A DNA stretch of 64,000 bases, taken from Somniosus microcephalus (Eukaryota). The stretch is from the NCBI GenBank assembly GCA_052327205.1, contig JBMRGM010000040.1, forward strand, positions 41,416,001 through 41,480,000, given 5' to 3'. The position numbers were made by a program, and so were the translations under genes. This document shows positions 1-13,153 of this stretch, one piece after another. The notes under the pieces are model-generated. The model was not told where the DNA came from. It saw only the letters and a program-made list of their open reading frames with translations, and searched no databases. The stretch's first letter is position 1, and every line of letters starts with the position of its first letter.

Positions 1-2420
1 ACTCGTGACTGGGTTACTGTTGCTGCTGATGAAAGGCAAGATATTCTTCAAACATAATTGGTGGAGCTACTGACTTGTGGGCCTGCACTGTGTCTGCGCT
101 GGGAGTAGGCAAGTTAGGTTCTGCATTGGTCAAATGAACGGCAGCAGCACCTGCTGCCTTTAACTGCAATAGCTGAATGACAGACTGGTTAACCTGCTTA
201 AGCGACAGGTTGAATTTGGCCCAACACATCAGAAAATCTCTGTGAAGCCATGGCGAGTTCATTAACAATTTTCCTCCTGGAAAAATCTAGAACTCGGGGG
301 CATGGATTCAGAATAAAGGGTCGCCCTTTTCAAACTCAGATAAGGAGGATCCCCTTCTCTCCGAGGGTCGTAAATCTGTGGAGTGCTCAGCCCCAGAGAG
401 CCGTGGAGGCTGGGACATTAATACAATTACGTTGGAGGTAGACAGATTATTGCAAGCTATGGGAGCGAAGGGTTATGGGGAGCGGGCTGCGAAGTGGCTT
501 TGAGCCCAAGATTCGCTCTGACCATATTGAATGGCGGAGCAGGCTCGAGCTGCCAAGTGACTTATTCCTGCTCCTGTTTCTTCTATTCTTATGTCTGTGC
601 AGTTGTGCCGAACGGATTGATGATCTGTTGACCTGTGTCCCAAGAACATCAATCTCGCGACTGATAGGTGAAAGAGAGTCAATGTTCTTCTCATGAAGAG
701 TAACCATATCTTGCCTCAGCACTTCAACCATTTGTACCTGTGTTTCTATGACATTTTGTTGCGTTGAACGTCTTGCTGCTTCTCTCACCTGCTCTGCAGT
801 ATCAGATTGGTGTCTGGCTGTGGAACGACAGTCATCTGCACCTGGCACAGAGCCAGGGGAGCCAAGAGATGGAGAGGTGGTGTGCAGCCACCCAGGGTCC
901 ACACCTTCCCCTTCCACTGTCTGACACTCCACAAACTCCTCCTCCTCTAACTCACTTACTGCTCGCTCTGCATCTGTAACCTCTTACCCAATGCCCTCTG
1001 CAGCCACAGACTTAACGCACTGTACATCCCGTGTGTGAGAAGACAGCTGTCCACCTGTGGGAAGGAAACAGTAAACATTGACAAAGGTGAAGCACGATCT
1101 GCCCCATCACAGAAGCTGATATTCAACACACACCTTCCAGTTTTAAACATACAGCTGGACAGACCAACTCACCTTTCCTTACACCAATGTCTGATTGGGC
1201 ACCAGGCACTGAACTGCCACAATTGATTCCAATCAATTTCCTGCTCCTTCCTCTTGCTCCGATAATGCCAAAAGTTTGTCAACACCACAGCCTGCCAGGG
1301 CACGCTCTCTGGCGTTATGTAATATTTTACTCTAAATTGAAAACAGTAATGAAAATGAAGCTTCAATTTTCCCTGCAGAGACCGCCCACCCACCTGCTTG
1401 CGAAGCAAGACCAAAGGTTGCTTTCGAGACAGGGTATTGTTCGCTATCTGAAATGTCACACCTGAAATCCGTGAGGGCAAATAAAATGTTCAGAAGCACA
1501 ATCAATGACCCAACGCTGCACCACATCAACTAAATATTATGACTAGGTCAGATGCCTGGATAATGAAGTCACTTTACAACAGCTGTGCAAATAAGCATGT
1601 TTTAAGGTACAAGTTAACTCTTAACAAATTTTACAGTTGACAATTCAAATAACTGTACAAACCTTGGCCGACCACTTTAAATCATTCAATATTTTGCAGC
1701 GTTGTTCCGCTCTCTGTGGAATGGTGGAGATCGCGCTGACAGCCTGGGCATCTTTTTGTCCAAGCTGTCATTTTTCCTTTCCGTAGTTCCCTGGATTCTC
1801 GGCCCCAATGATCCGCAGGTGCTTTGCTTCAACCTCATTGTCAGTGAAATTCTGTGCTCTCTTCATCATCACAACTGTGCTTGTTCATTCCATTTCACTT
1901 TGTTGTTTAATTAAAAGAAAAGAAAATTATTTCAATGCTTTTAAAACTTTTTAATTCTCGTTTGGAAGTCTTTAAAAGTATTTAAAATTCTTCAAATCCT
2001 TGTAAAAGACTTTCACATTTTCTAAAAGAATGCCAAACTTTTAAAAAACTTTAAAGAGTCAATTTATCATTGATATTAACAGTTAATTTCAATGGGGAAG
2101 GCTCTGGAAAGGTGAAAAATATCGGTGGCGTGCGCTATGCTAATATATATTTGATGGAACTTGTTGGCAGGTCTGCCCTACTGTCGAAGCCCGAGGCTCC
2201 GCGCACGCTGCGTTCCTGGGCGGCGTGGCAGCACAAGCTGCCCAGGAGCCCTCTGGATGTAACCGCAACTGTTTGTGTGCATGGAGAATGCAAGTAAATT
2301 CGGATCTTGTTTGCTGGAAGGAGGCTTTCATCTGCAGGAAGCCTCCGAACACATTTTCAGGCACAACTGTGTTTGTCAAATTGCAATGGGTGGAATGCTC
2401 ATGTGGAAATTGCAGTGCAA
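1..2420 (-). mobile_element. Decayed Harbinger DNA transposon, Myb/SANT-gene half (copy A, runs off window start)
   Basis: Minus strand about 1900-1660 encodes a degenerate Myb/SANT stretch (RAQNFTDNEVEA...VSAISTIPQRAEQRCKILNDL). ORFs 447-932 and 14-268 are homologous to ORFs 23999-24421 and 24521-24919 of the copy at 16.7-30.9 kb. The terminus position is approximate. Confidence 0.75.
270..595 (+). mobile_element. CR1 LINE 3' fragment inserted in Harbinger copy A
   Basis: Encodes SRTRGHGFRIKGRPF...RVVNLW (CR1 ORF2 C-terminus) followed by a CR1 3' UTR. Absent at the paralogous position (about 24480-24500). Confidence 0.85.
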
Positions 2421-2569
2421 ATAATAGTTCAATATTGAGCTATAGAACAGCGGGATTAAAATAACATCTAGCAATTAATGGACCGGTTACAATAAATGGG
2501 AGAATGTGACAAAGAAATCAATAAACCACTGACAGATTTTTAGAAGCTCGCATAATGAAACGCAATGCA

Positions 2570-3640
2570 ATCAATAATGAACGCGAGGTTATATTTGGAA
2601 GCATACCATGAATCATTGCAACGAGTCTTGGTCAGACTCCATCTGGATTACGGCCTTCAAGTTTGGGCACTAAACATCGGTAATTATATATTGGCATTGG
2701 AGTGGGTGCACAGCATTCTCACCCGAAATTAACTAAGGCCTTAAGGTTTACATTATAAGGACATGGTGGATAAACGTTGCATTCCTTTGGGTTGAGAAGG
2801 TTGAGTGTTGATCTAATCGAGCAATTCAAAATGCTTCAAAGTGCGGGACAAATTATATTTTCAAGACTGAGATTCATTGATTTTTGTTATGCACGATTTT
2901 CAAGTGACCTGGATTAAAGGCGGGTAAATGAGATGGAGTTGGTCTATTGAATGGTAGAACAGGCCGCAGGGGGCAGAGTGGCCTAGTTTGCTTGCTGCGA
3001 TGCTATGATATATGGGAGTGAAATTGCTCTGCGCCGGTAGCGCAAAGCAAGCAATAGCAGATTGGAAATGGCTGCTCCACTTCACCCAGTTATATTTCTA
3101 TTTTAGTTCACCACCGATTTTAATCCAACTACCGAGCTGTCACTGGAGCGTAAAATCGTCATGTGTAAAACGGTCGTCTACTCAGCCTTAGGTATTTTCA
3201 AAAGTAGCCCCATCCCACACAGAGGGCAAGGGTAAAATCGAAACTGCAGGAAAATCCGAGGGGTTCTGTACTTCCTCTAAACCTGTTAGCATTCCCTTCT
3301 ATTCTATTCCCCCTGATGTGTTTATCTCGCTGTTTCTTGAATGTACCAATGCGATTCCCCTCAACTATTCCTTGGGATAGTGAGTTCCACATTCTAACCA
3401 TTCACTGGTTAAAGACTTCTTCCCTGAAATCTTTATTGGGCTTTTAGTGACTGTCGTATATTTATGAAACCAGTTTTGGAGCTCACCACAAGTGAAAACA
3501 ATTTATCTACGTCTGCCCTATCAAATCCCTTCATAATATTCAAGCACTCTATTGGCCACATTTCAGCGTCCTCCTTCTGTGGAAATGAGTCTCAGCATGT
3601 TTAATCATTGCTGAGACTTATGACTCTCACTTCTGAAGTT
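2570..3640. mobile_element. Old CR1 3' fragments and a small MITE-like element (about 3015-3200)
   Basis: Degenerate LVRPHL and MVRMWNSL motifs. The same arrangement occurs inverted at about 15190-16560. Confidence 0.6.
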
Positions 3641-4019
3641 AAACTTCTTAAGTTACAATGGGGTGGAGTTCTATGAAAATACTTCGACTTTGACACATCT
3701 TCTACAGGGCCGGGACTAGGAGATAAACATAGCTGGTTAGATAATTTTTAACTGTGATAAGAGTAAGCGAGAATGGCACTTTTAATCAGAGACTCCACTG
3801 AAGCAGGACTGCATTAGTGCATTAATATGATTGATGCAAAACGTGAATCCATATGGTTAGAATTAGGAATAAGAAGATTGAGGTTATACAATGCAGATGA
3901 CTGATTGCATGTTTATGGGGAAAAGGCCAGCTATAGGATTAATTTCGACAGCTCTTTCAACGAGCCGGCACAGGCACAGCCGACCAATTGGCCTCCTTCT
4001 GTGATGTAAGACTATGACT

Positions 4020-4255
4020 GTAGGAGTGAGACAGGGCAAGAGAACGAAAGACGGGACAGAGAGGGAGCAGAATAATAATAGAAAGTGAGGGAAGACAGAG
4101 ACACAGGGAGAGAAATGGAGCGAGAGGAGTGCGACAGGGAGATACAAAAAGAGAGAAGGAGACAGGGAGAAAGTGAAAGTGGGGTGAGAAAGAGAGACAG
4201 AGAGAAACAGAGAGTTCGAGGAAGTGAGAGGAGAGACAAAAATAGAGAGAGATAT
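4020..4255. repeat. GA-rich low-complexity tract
   Basis: Purine-rich (GAGA/GACA) run. Its inverted paralog is the CT-rich tract at about 12850-13100. Confidence 0.85.
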
Positions 4256-5119
4256 AATTAAAGAATGCAGTTACCATAAAAGTCTAACGCTCATTTATCC
4301 CTTTCGCTTTAAACACTGACCACCCCTGCAACAGGATGTCGGTATATTTAACCCTTTCCCTTTAAATACAATGAGCTCCCCTTTAATGTGCTGTTGTTTT
4401 ATTTATGTTTATCTTGGTTAACCAGTCTCTCTCCAGTGTGAAGAAAGACCAAGGTCCATCGAATTCCTCTTCTCCAATACTGGTAGTCACACCATACAAC
4501 GATACTGGACGTGTTGCCTAATCACAGCGATCAATCTCTGTCACTCAGTCCACAACACACTCAGACATGAGGCGAGGAAAACCCCAGTATTGCAAAGATT
4601 TCAGAACACGAATTAGCAAGTGTGCAGAACACGAATTAGCAAGTGTGCAGTGTGTTAGATGAGGAGTGTCTGAGCATTTTACCTTCACACACCTTGTAAC
4701 TGTGTAAGGCTCATATGCAGTTTCAATCACTCTCTACACACACAACATTCAAACACGTCCAACCTGCAGGAATTCGCCAGGGCATATCAAACTGTCGGAT
4801 CTATTAAAGCATTCAATGACTGAATCATTTCTCCCCAGGGTGAATTCACCGATGCTCCATCCAGTGACTGAGAATATTATCATATGCACCGCCCATTCAA
4901 CCCGTTTCCATCCCCTGTGATCTCTCCGATGTACAGCCCGACTATCAGACACATTCAATCACTTTCCACACACGCTGCACCCAAACTCTCTCTCTCCCGT
5001 GTGGATTTGCTGATGTCTTCTGAAGATTGTAAATGCGTGATATTGTTTGTTACAAAGATTACTTAAAATCGGTCTCTCTCCGGTGTGAATCCATTGAATC
5101 TTTTTTCACATCGCTGTAT

Positions 5120-6830
5120 CCTTACAATGTACTGCACAATCTTACAATCATACATCACAGAAGGAGGACATTTGGCCCATCGTGCCTGTGCCAACTCTTT
5201 CAAAGAGCGAAATAGTCCCACTCCCCCGCTGTTCCCCATAGCCATGCAATCATATCCTTTTCAATTATCGATACATTTCCATTTTGAAAGTGACATGGAA
5301 TTTGATAGAATTACAGCACAGAAACAGGACATTCGAGACAACAGGTCTAGGCCGGTGTTTATGCTACACACGAGCCTCCTCCAACCTTAATTCATCTCAT
5401 CCTATCAACTTTTCCTGCTTTTCCCCTCTCCTGTATTTACTAATCTAGATTCTCCTAAACTTTATCGATGTTATTCACCCCAAACATTCCTTGAGGTACC
5501 GAGTTACACATTCTCAGCAATAAATAAGTTTCTTCTGAATTGCGAATTGGATTTCTTAATGAACATGTTATATTATTTCCCCCTAGTTTATGACTAACCT
5601 ACAATTGGAAACAACTGCTCTACATTCACCCTAATGAAACCCTTCATAATCTCTAAAGATCTCCAAAATTTCGCCTCTCAGTCTTCTATCTTCTAGAGAA
5701 AACAACCCCAGCCTGTTCAGCCTCTCCAGATAGTTGTATTCTCTCAGTTCTGGCATCATCCTTGTAAATCCTGTTTTCACTTTCTCCAGTCTGTTTATAT
5801 CCTTGCTGTAATATGGAAACTTGAACTGTCTGCAGTATTCTAAGTGTTATACATAATGCCAACATAAATTCTCAGCTTTCCAATTCAATTAATCTAGAAT
5901 TTAATCCTGTGATATTATTGCACTTATATGGCTCTGTTAACCTGCGTTGACACTTTCCATGATTTGTGGATCTGGATAACTTGATACTTTTGCGCCTCTA
6001 CCCCATTTACAGTTAATTTTCCAAGGTGCATGTGGCCTCCATATTCCTCCGAACAAAATGCGCAACCTCACATTTATCTATATTGAAAATAAGTTGCCTT
6101 TTACTCGCCCATCCTACTGGCTTTTTAATGTGGTCTTTTATTTTGTGGCAGAAGTCCGCAGTATTAACTATGCCCAGCAATTTGGTTTCATTCGCAAACT
6201 TTGATATGGTCTTTCCGATTATAGAGATCAAATCATTTACGTAAATGGTGAAAAGCAGTCCTGCCAGCATTGAATAATTTGGAACACCACAACCCTCCTT
6301 CCGCGAGACTGAGTAAGTATCTTAAACCATTATTCTCTATTTTGTCGCCCGTTTGCTATCCATTCTGCCACTTGCCCCCCTAAAGCAGCATGCTCTGAGT
6401 TTAGTCACGAGTCCACTATGAGGTATCTTATCAAATGCCGCTAGAAAGTCCCTGCATATTACATCCCCAGCATTAACCCATTCTACTCTTTGAACAGAGC
6501 AAAGTAATTATTCCAATGAATCTGCCATTGCACTGTCCATTCTGTGACAGATACGATGGGCTGAAAGTCCTCCATCTGTGCCATATTTTTCATGATTATC
6601 TGCGAGTTTATATTCTACATCCCTTAGCGGCCTTATCATCATCTTAATGTTTGCTTTTGTCATGTATGTATTTGTTTCATACTTTTCATTTGCCTTCTTG
6701 ATTGTTTTATGACTTATTTAATAAGTTGTTCCTATTACCAGATGTCATCCTCTCCTTTTTGTCTACTTACTTGGTGTATAATTATTTTTGTACATCCAAT
6801 TTTACCCTTAACTATTTATTCATCCATGCT
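5120..6830 (-). mobile_element. Decayed CR1 LINE and SINE tails (segment X, copy 1)
   Basis: ORF 6013-6270 has LLFTIYVNDL...ISKFANETKL (degenerate RT FADD). Direct paralog at about 31060-33250. Confidence 0.75.
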
Positions 6831-6831
6831 G

Positions 6832-7058
6832 TTCACGAATTCCTAACAAATAACTGAGATCGACACAGGAGAACAAGCAACAGGTCTTTACTGCACAGAA
6901 AGTCCACGAGGACTAAAGGAGCCACGCCCCGTACATGCAAACTCTATATACAAAACACAGTAATGTCTAACACAATGGTACAGGTTCAGGCTGGTGTTGG
7001 AACATCGTTAAAGGGAATTATATACAGTTAGCCAGAGTCATTCAGTGGTTCTGCCACA
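6832..7058 (-). repeat. Gypsy 3' LTR
   Basis: Begins TGTGGCAG on the minus strand directly after the PPT. Aligns to 10925-11225 but has an internal deletion of about 65 bp and lacks the terminal about 8 nt, so no TSD is visible. Confidence 0.9.
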
Positions 7059-7234
7059 TGCGTCCCCCCAGAACTCGCTTTAACTGACAAAGTCAAATGG
7101 TTAGGGGGTCTGACTAGCCTTTCAGAATGACTCCTGTACTCTCGAGGCGGAGGCTGCGGGGCGGCTGGCGGTCCAGCGGGGGTTCGCACTTGGTCTGCTG
7201 TAACGACGATGGGTGGCTGACCCCGTCTCGGTGG

Positions 7235-10223
7235 TTATGCTGTCTCGACGGGGTGGTCGACGTCTAAATATGCTGGCTTTATGTAGTCGACCAAAATGTG
7301 GTCTGGTTTACCACCGACAGCTATCTTGAAGGTTTTGTCCCCTGCCTCCAACACGTGGAAGGGACCAATATATGGGGCCTTGAGTGGATCTCGATGTGCG
7401 TCATGGCTAACAAAAATGTATTCCTCCTTGTGAAGCTCCGTGGGAACGTGTGACCGCTGCATCCCGTGGTGCGAAGTGGGAACCGATGCGAAACATATGG
7501 CCGCCTATTGGTGACTAGCAAGCTGGGCAGACGTGTACCCTGGCTCCATCGATGTTGGTAGGAAATCCCCTGGGATTTGCAGCGGCTGACCATAAGCCAG
7601 CTCCGCCGATGAAGAGTGAAGGTCTCCTTTGGGGGCCGTGCAAATTCCCAACAGGACCCACGGTAGCATGTCTGCCCATCCAGCATCCTGGAGGCTGGCC
7701 CTCAGGGTGGCTTTCATTGACCGGTGGAAGCATTCACAGAGGACATTCGCCTGTGGGTGATAGGCTGTGGTGCGGTGTAATTTGAAACAGAGTCGCTGGG
7801 CCACTGCATTCAAGAGTTCAGAGGAAAACTGCGGTCCCCTGTCAGATGAAATATCAGTGGGAACTCCGAAACCGGCGATACAGGAGGAAATTAACACCCT
7901 GGCCACGTGTGTCGAAGTATTGGATGACAGGGGAACCGCCTTCGGCCATCTGGTGGTGCGATTAACCATGGTCAGGATGTGTGAAAAACCATGGGAGGGT
8001 GGGAGTGTTCCGACCAGGTCCACGTTGACATGGTCAAAACTTCGCTCCAGAACTGTGAAGGTGGCCAATGGAGCTTTGATGTGGCGCTGGACCTTGGCCT
8101 TCTGGCAGACCACGCAGGTGTTGGCCCAGTCACGGACATCCTTATGCATGCCATGCCAGACGAATTTCGCTGTCATCAGCTTCTGAGAGGCCTTCATTCC
8201 TGGGTCTGACAACCCATGTATGGCGTCAAACACTTTGCGGCACCAGGCGACTGGCACGACAGGGCGAGGATCCTGTATGGAGATGTCACACAACAGCGTG
8301 GTACCTGCTGAGTGGACTTGATGTCGGCCAACTGGCGGCCAGTGATGGCCGTTCTATATGCTTGGACCTCTGGGCCAAAGCTTGGTCCGTTGCCATGAGG
8401 GCGTAGTCGATGCCCAAATGAACTGTATTGATGATCGCGCAGGAGAGGCAGTCTGCCACCAGGTTGTCCTTACCGGCCATGTGCTGTATATCCGTGGTGA
8501 ATTCGGATATGTAGGTCAGTTGATGGTGCTGTTGGGCTGACCATGGATCAGTGGTCTTGGCCATTGCAAAGGTTAGCGGCTTATGGTCGACAAAGGCGGT
8601 GAAAGGACGTCCTTCCAATAGGAACCGACAAAGACGGATAGTCAGAAAAAGTGCGAGCAACTCCGGTATAATGTGCAGTATACTCTCTCATTCTGCCGTA
8701 GTTGACGGCTTAAGAATGCCAATGGCTGCCACGCCCCGTTCACCCACTGCTTTTGCACGGCACCGACTGCGTAGTCTGACTTGTCGGTGGTGAGGGCGAT
8801 GGTGCCTCCTGGCAGCGGGTGTGCCAGCATAGTCGCGTTGGCTAAGGTGCTTTTGGTGTCGGTGAAAGCTCGAGCCATGTCATCTGTCCAGTCGACTGGG
8901 TTCTTACCAGTCTTGCCCTTGAGGGCCTCATACACGGGCTGAATGAGCAGCGCTGACTTAGGCACAAAATGGTGGTAAAAAATTACCATGCCTAGGAATT
9001 TCTGCAGGGCCTTAACGTTCAGCCGCCGTGGAAAGGCTGTCACCGCCTCCACCTTCGACGGTAATGGAACCGCTCCCTCTGAGGTAATGCGATGCCCCAG
9101 AAAGTCAATTTGGTGCAGGCCAAACTGACACTTGGCCGGGTTTATAATCAGGCCGTGTTGGCTGAGGCATCGAAAAAGGGTGCGTAGGTGACAGGTATAT
9201 TCTTCCTTAGTAGGACAGGCAATTAGACTGGCAGGTAGACGAAGAGGAACTTGAGGTCCCGCAGCACGGAGGCCATCAGGCGTTGGAAAGCCTGGGTTGC
9301 ATTCTTACACCGAAAGGCATTCTGAGAAACTCGAAGAGGCGAATGGGGTGTTGACTGCCGCCGTCTGGACGACGTGAGGATGAAATGAAACCTGGTGGTA
9401 GCCCCGGACGATGTCGACTGTGGAGAAAACGTTGTTCCCTGCCAAATGGGCAGAGAAATCATGAATGAGAGGGATCGGGTACTGAACAGGAGAGGTGGCA
9501 TCGTTGAGGCGCCGATAGTCACCGCATGGCCGCCATCCTCCACCAGGCTTCTGGACAATATGGAGAGGTGAAGTCCAGGGGCTATTCGACCTGCGAATAA
9601 TCCAAACCATTCCATGGTTGTGAACTCTGCCTTTGTGACCACCAGCTTGCCAGGTTCCAGGCGCCGACCCTGTGCATATACCAGGGGGCCGTTGGTGTGG
9701 ATGTGATGTTCCACACCATGCTTCGTGGCTGTGGAAGAGAACGTGGGGCTCGTCAGGTCGGGGAATTCGCCGAGCAGGCGAGCAAACTCATCAGGAGTCG
9801 GAAACGCACAGGAGACGGTGCATGGCATAGTGTTACTGCGGTAACACGGAAGGGAATTGAAAGTTGCTGCACTGATCAGCCGCCGGTTACTAACATCGAC
9901 CAGGAGGCTGTTGGTGCAAAGGAAATCTGCGCCGAGTAGTGGCTGGGAATCTTTGGCCATAACAAACTCCCCTTGAAAGTGTTACCCCCCGAGGCACACC
10001 TCCACTCACCATCTGACGAAGGTCCGAATCGCTCCGCCATTGGCGACTTCAAGGGTGGGGCCGTGGTTTCCCGTTTGCACATCGAGGGCGGACGTGGGCA
10101 AAATGCTGAACTGCGCCCCGGTGTCGCACATGAAACGACGACCAGAGAGAGTATCTGTGATGAACAGCCATTTCCCCGCATTGCCGATCGCCATTGCGGC
10201 TGCGGGGCGCCCGTTAGACCCAT
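7235..10223 (-). pseudogene. Gypsy pol (protease, RT, RNase H, integrase), frameshifted
   Basis: Protease FMCDTGAQFS; RT WRPCGDYRRLN with the YLDD motif destroyed (VYLPV); RNase H TTDKSDYAVGAV and DHKPL; integrase VDLVG, SDRGPQF, ECFHRSMK; GPY/F module APYIGPFHV. Split over many ORFs. Confidence 0.93.
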
Positions 10224-10876
10224 TCCTCGATGTTCGCAGTGTCAGTTGTTTGGTTTTTTGGGGGGAAAACTGCAGGGAGAGCAGCAACGCTTCGCCTTAG
10301 CGCTGAACTGCGATGGTAGTAAAACAGCCCAGCAGGTTGACAAGCTGGGGCAGCATCTGCAGGGGATGGGTGCCTCGTGGCGGCGCAGTCCTGCCAAGTT
10401 ACCGCGAAAATGTTGTCGGCCTCCGCAGCGAGTGTTGCGCAGTCCTCAATTTCGGAGCTGTTCATGGCAGTTTGTATCGGCTCAGACAGTTGGCTGAGGA
10501 AAAGCTCACGAAATAGGAAACATTCCCGTTCTGAGCCCAGGAGTGTGAGCATTTGGCTCGTCAACTCTGAAGGCTTGGAGTCCCCGAGACCGGGCATAGC
10601 GAGTAATCGACGGACGCGCTCCAATTTTGTGAGCCCGAAAACCTGTAGCAACCGTGCTTTGAGGGTTTCATACTTGCGCTCCGTTGGAGGGTTTTCCAGG
10701 AGGCTGACGATCCGAGAAGAGGTAGAGCTGTCGAGTGCGGAGAACACATAAAGATATTTGGTCTGATCCGCATCGATGATCCTCAGGGCGAACTGGGCCT
10801 CGACCTGGCTAAACCACGAATGCGCTTGCTGCTCCCAGAACTGCGCAATTTTCAGCGAAATGGCGTTTCCCTCCAT
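10214..10876 (-). pseudogene. Gypsy gag
   Basis: Sequence MEGNAISLKIAQFWEQQAHSWFSQVEAQF...PGLGDSKPSEL is typical of small Gypsy gag proteins. The C-terminus appears frameshifted. Confidence 0.85.
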
Positions 10877-10924
10877 GCTGTGCTCTTCCTTTGTGAAAAC
10901 GTTCACAAAAAACGGGGTCACTGA

Positions 10925-11225
10925 TGTAGAAATTGATGAATTCTTAATAAATGACTGAGATCGACACAGGAGAAAAAGCAAACAGGTCTTTACTGAACAG
11001 AAACTTCACGAGGACTTCCTGGGCAGTCACGTGGTTTGCGACGTGGCGTCATCGCGTTTGCCCACGTTTTCCTGCGCTCTTAAAGGGGCCACGCCCCGTA
11101 CATGCAAACTCTATATACAAAACACAGTAATGCCTAACACAATGGTACAGGTTTAGGCTGGTGTTAGAACCTCGCTAAAGGGGATTATATACAGTTAGCC
11201 AGCGTCATTCAGTAGTTCTGCTACA
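10925..11225 (-). repeat. Gypsy 5' LTR
   Basis: TGTAG...CTACA inverted termini, adjacent to the PBS. Confidence 0.92.
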
Positions 11226-11442
11226 CTCTCTCATTATTGAATAGTCTGGCATGTTTTTTAATGGAATAATCTTTCCATAAATTTGTAGATCTTATTGCGA
11301 ATATTTTCCACAGCTCTTTGTCCGTGCTTTTCCCAGAATGCTTGTCCTATTTCCATTCTCATTGACTCATACGCAGCTTTTCCCGATTCTATTACATTTT
11401 GTCTTACCAAGTTCTTTCTCAATCATTAACTTAAACCTTATT

Positions 11443-12178
11443 GGGCAGGATTTTCCTACGCCCCAGGAGTATGTACGACGTGAGTACGCACGCATAAGGA
11501 CCTCGCAACTACCAGTTTCAGGTGTGCGAAGCGGATGCGCTAAAACCCGGCATTTCCAAACCATCAAAAATCCCCTTGATGGATCATCTGCCTGCCCGGG
11601 AAAAGGGCCTCTGCGGGTTGGGAGTGCCGCTCTTCTACTCACTGAAAACTTTTACAAATCTTATGCCTGGTAAAAGCAGGCATAAGGAATGCTTTTTAAC
11701 AGAATAACAGTTTTAAAAAATAAAACAATAAAAAAAGTCACTCATTAATAATTTTAATGTGCTTTTAAAAAAGTTAAGTTAATTTTTATCAGTTATCATT
11801 TTAATTATTGTTATCAAAGATTGTTTATCTTTTTTACAATATTTGATTTAATATAATATTACTAATTTTATACAGGTGATTTCTTAAAAAAGAAAATTGA
11901 ATCTTTAATTGTGTTTTTAAGTGATCCCCTTTCAGACAGTTGACGGATATATGATTAGAAATCTTTCAAAAGTATGAAGGGGGATACCCTTCTACGATTG
12001 ATTCCCCATGGCCCAAGTGATTCCAGGGGAATCACAAGCGCCCCTGGGATACTTGGACCTCTGCACATTTCGGAGATCTGAAGACCTGGGAGCTACAGAG
12101 CCAGAAGGTACAAGCGTAGATTTGTTTCCGGTCGGAGACATCCACATGCAGGAAGCCTCCGATCGGAAATTAAGGGCC
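11443..12178. mobile_element. Harbinger-type non-autonomous element (MITE)
   Basis: Degenerate TIRs GGGCAGGATTTTCC and GGAAATTAAGGGCC with an AT-rich core. Shares internal blocks (AAAAGCAGGCATAAGG, CATGGCCCA.GTGAT.CCAGGGG) with the MITEs at 33.3 and 56.2 kb. Empty site in the paralog near 34240. Confidence 0.7.
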
Positions 12179-12849
12179 AATGTGTCCTGTAGTTGGGCGA
12201 GTTTACACGGGAGGTAAAGAGTGCGAATGTCCGTTGTGTAAGAAACGATTCTACAGATGATGTCACTTGATAGGGCATCGGTGAACTCACCCTGGGGAGA
12301 AATTATTCAGCCATTGAAAGCTTTAATAGATCCGACAGTTTGTAATGCCCGGGTGAATTCCTGAATGTTGGACGTGTTTGAATGTTGTGTGTGTGGAGAG
12401 TAATGGAACCTATATATGAGCCTCTCACAGTTACATGGTATGTGAAGGTAAAGTGCTCAGACACTACTGATCTAACACACTGCACACTTGTTAATTCATG
12501 TTCTGAAATCTCTCCATCACTGGGGTTTTCCTCCACGCCTGTCTGAGGGTGTTGTGGACTGAATGATAGAGATTGATCGCAGTAATTAGGCAACAAGCCC
12601 AGTATCGTTGTATGTTGCGAATGCCAGGATGGGAGAAAGACAATTCGATGGACCTTGGTCTTTCTTCACACCGGAGAGAGATCGGTTAACCAACTTATAC
12701 ACAAATAAACTGACAGCCTGTTAAAGGGGAGGTCAGTGTTTAAAAGGAATGAGATATATAAACCAACAACCTGTTAAAGGGTTGGCGAGTGTTTAACTGG
12801 GAAGCGGTAAATGCGTGACAGTCTTTTATTGTAACAGCATTCTTTAATT

Positions 12850-13100
12850 ATAACTCTCTCTATCTCTCTGTCTCTGTTTCTCTGTCTCTCCTTTCACTTT
12901 CCCTCACTGTCTATTTCTCTCTGTCTCTCTCTTACCTCATCACTTTCTCGCTGTTTCACTCTTTTTTTTATCTCTCTCAGTCGCATTCCCCTCTTTCCCT
13001 TTCTCTGTCTCTTTCTTCCATTTCTTTCTATTATTTCTCTTTTCTCTCTCTGCCCTCTTTCTTTCTCTTGCCCACTCCTCCTGTCTCTCTCTCTCCTAGT
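12850..13100. repeat. CT-rich low-complexity tract
   Basis: Pyrimidine run; inverted paralog of 4020-4255. Confidence 0.85.
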
Positions 13101-13153
13101 CATATTCTTACATCACATAAGGAGACCAATTGGTCCAGTGTGCCTGTGCAGAC

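Larger units (their letters stand above)
6832..11225 (-). mobile_element. Ty3/Gypsy LTR retrotransposon, full structure but pseudogenised
   Basis: Two LTRs (6832-7058 and 10925-11225), PBS-like TCAGTGACCCCG next to the 5' LTR, PPT GAGTTCTGGGGGGACGCA before the 3' LTR, and domain order gag-PR-RT-RH-IN on the minus strand. No env gene seen. Confidence 0.95.

Noticed and set aside
3884-4277. Hydrophobic Leu/Ser-rich ORFs, and the Arg/Glu-rich ORF at 12894-13103
   Set aside because: Translations of GA/CT low-complexity tracts.
7060-7240. env-like ORF in the Gypsy element
   Set aside because: Only about 170 bp separate the integrase end from the PPT, leaving no room for env.
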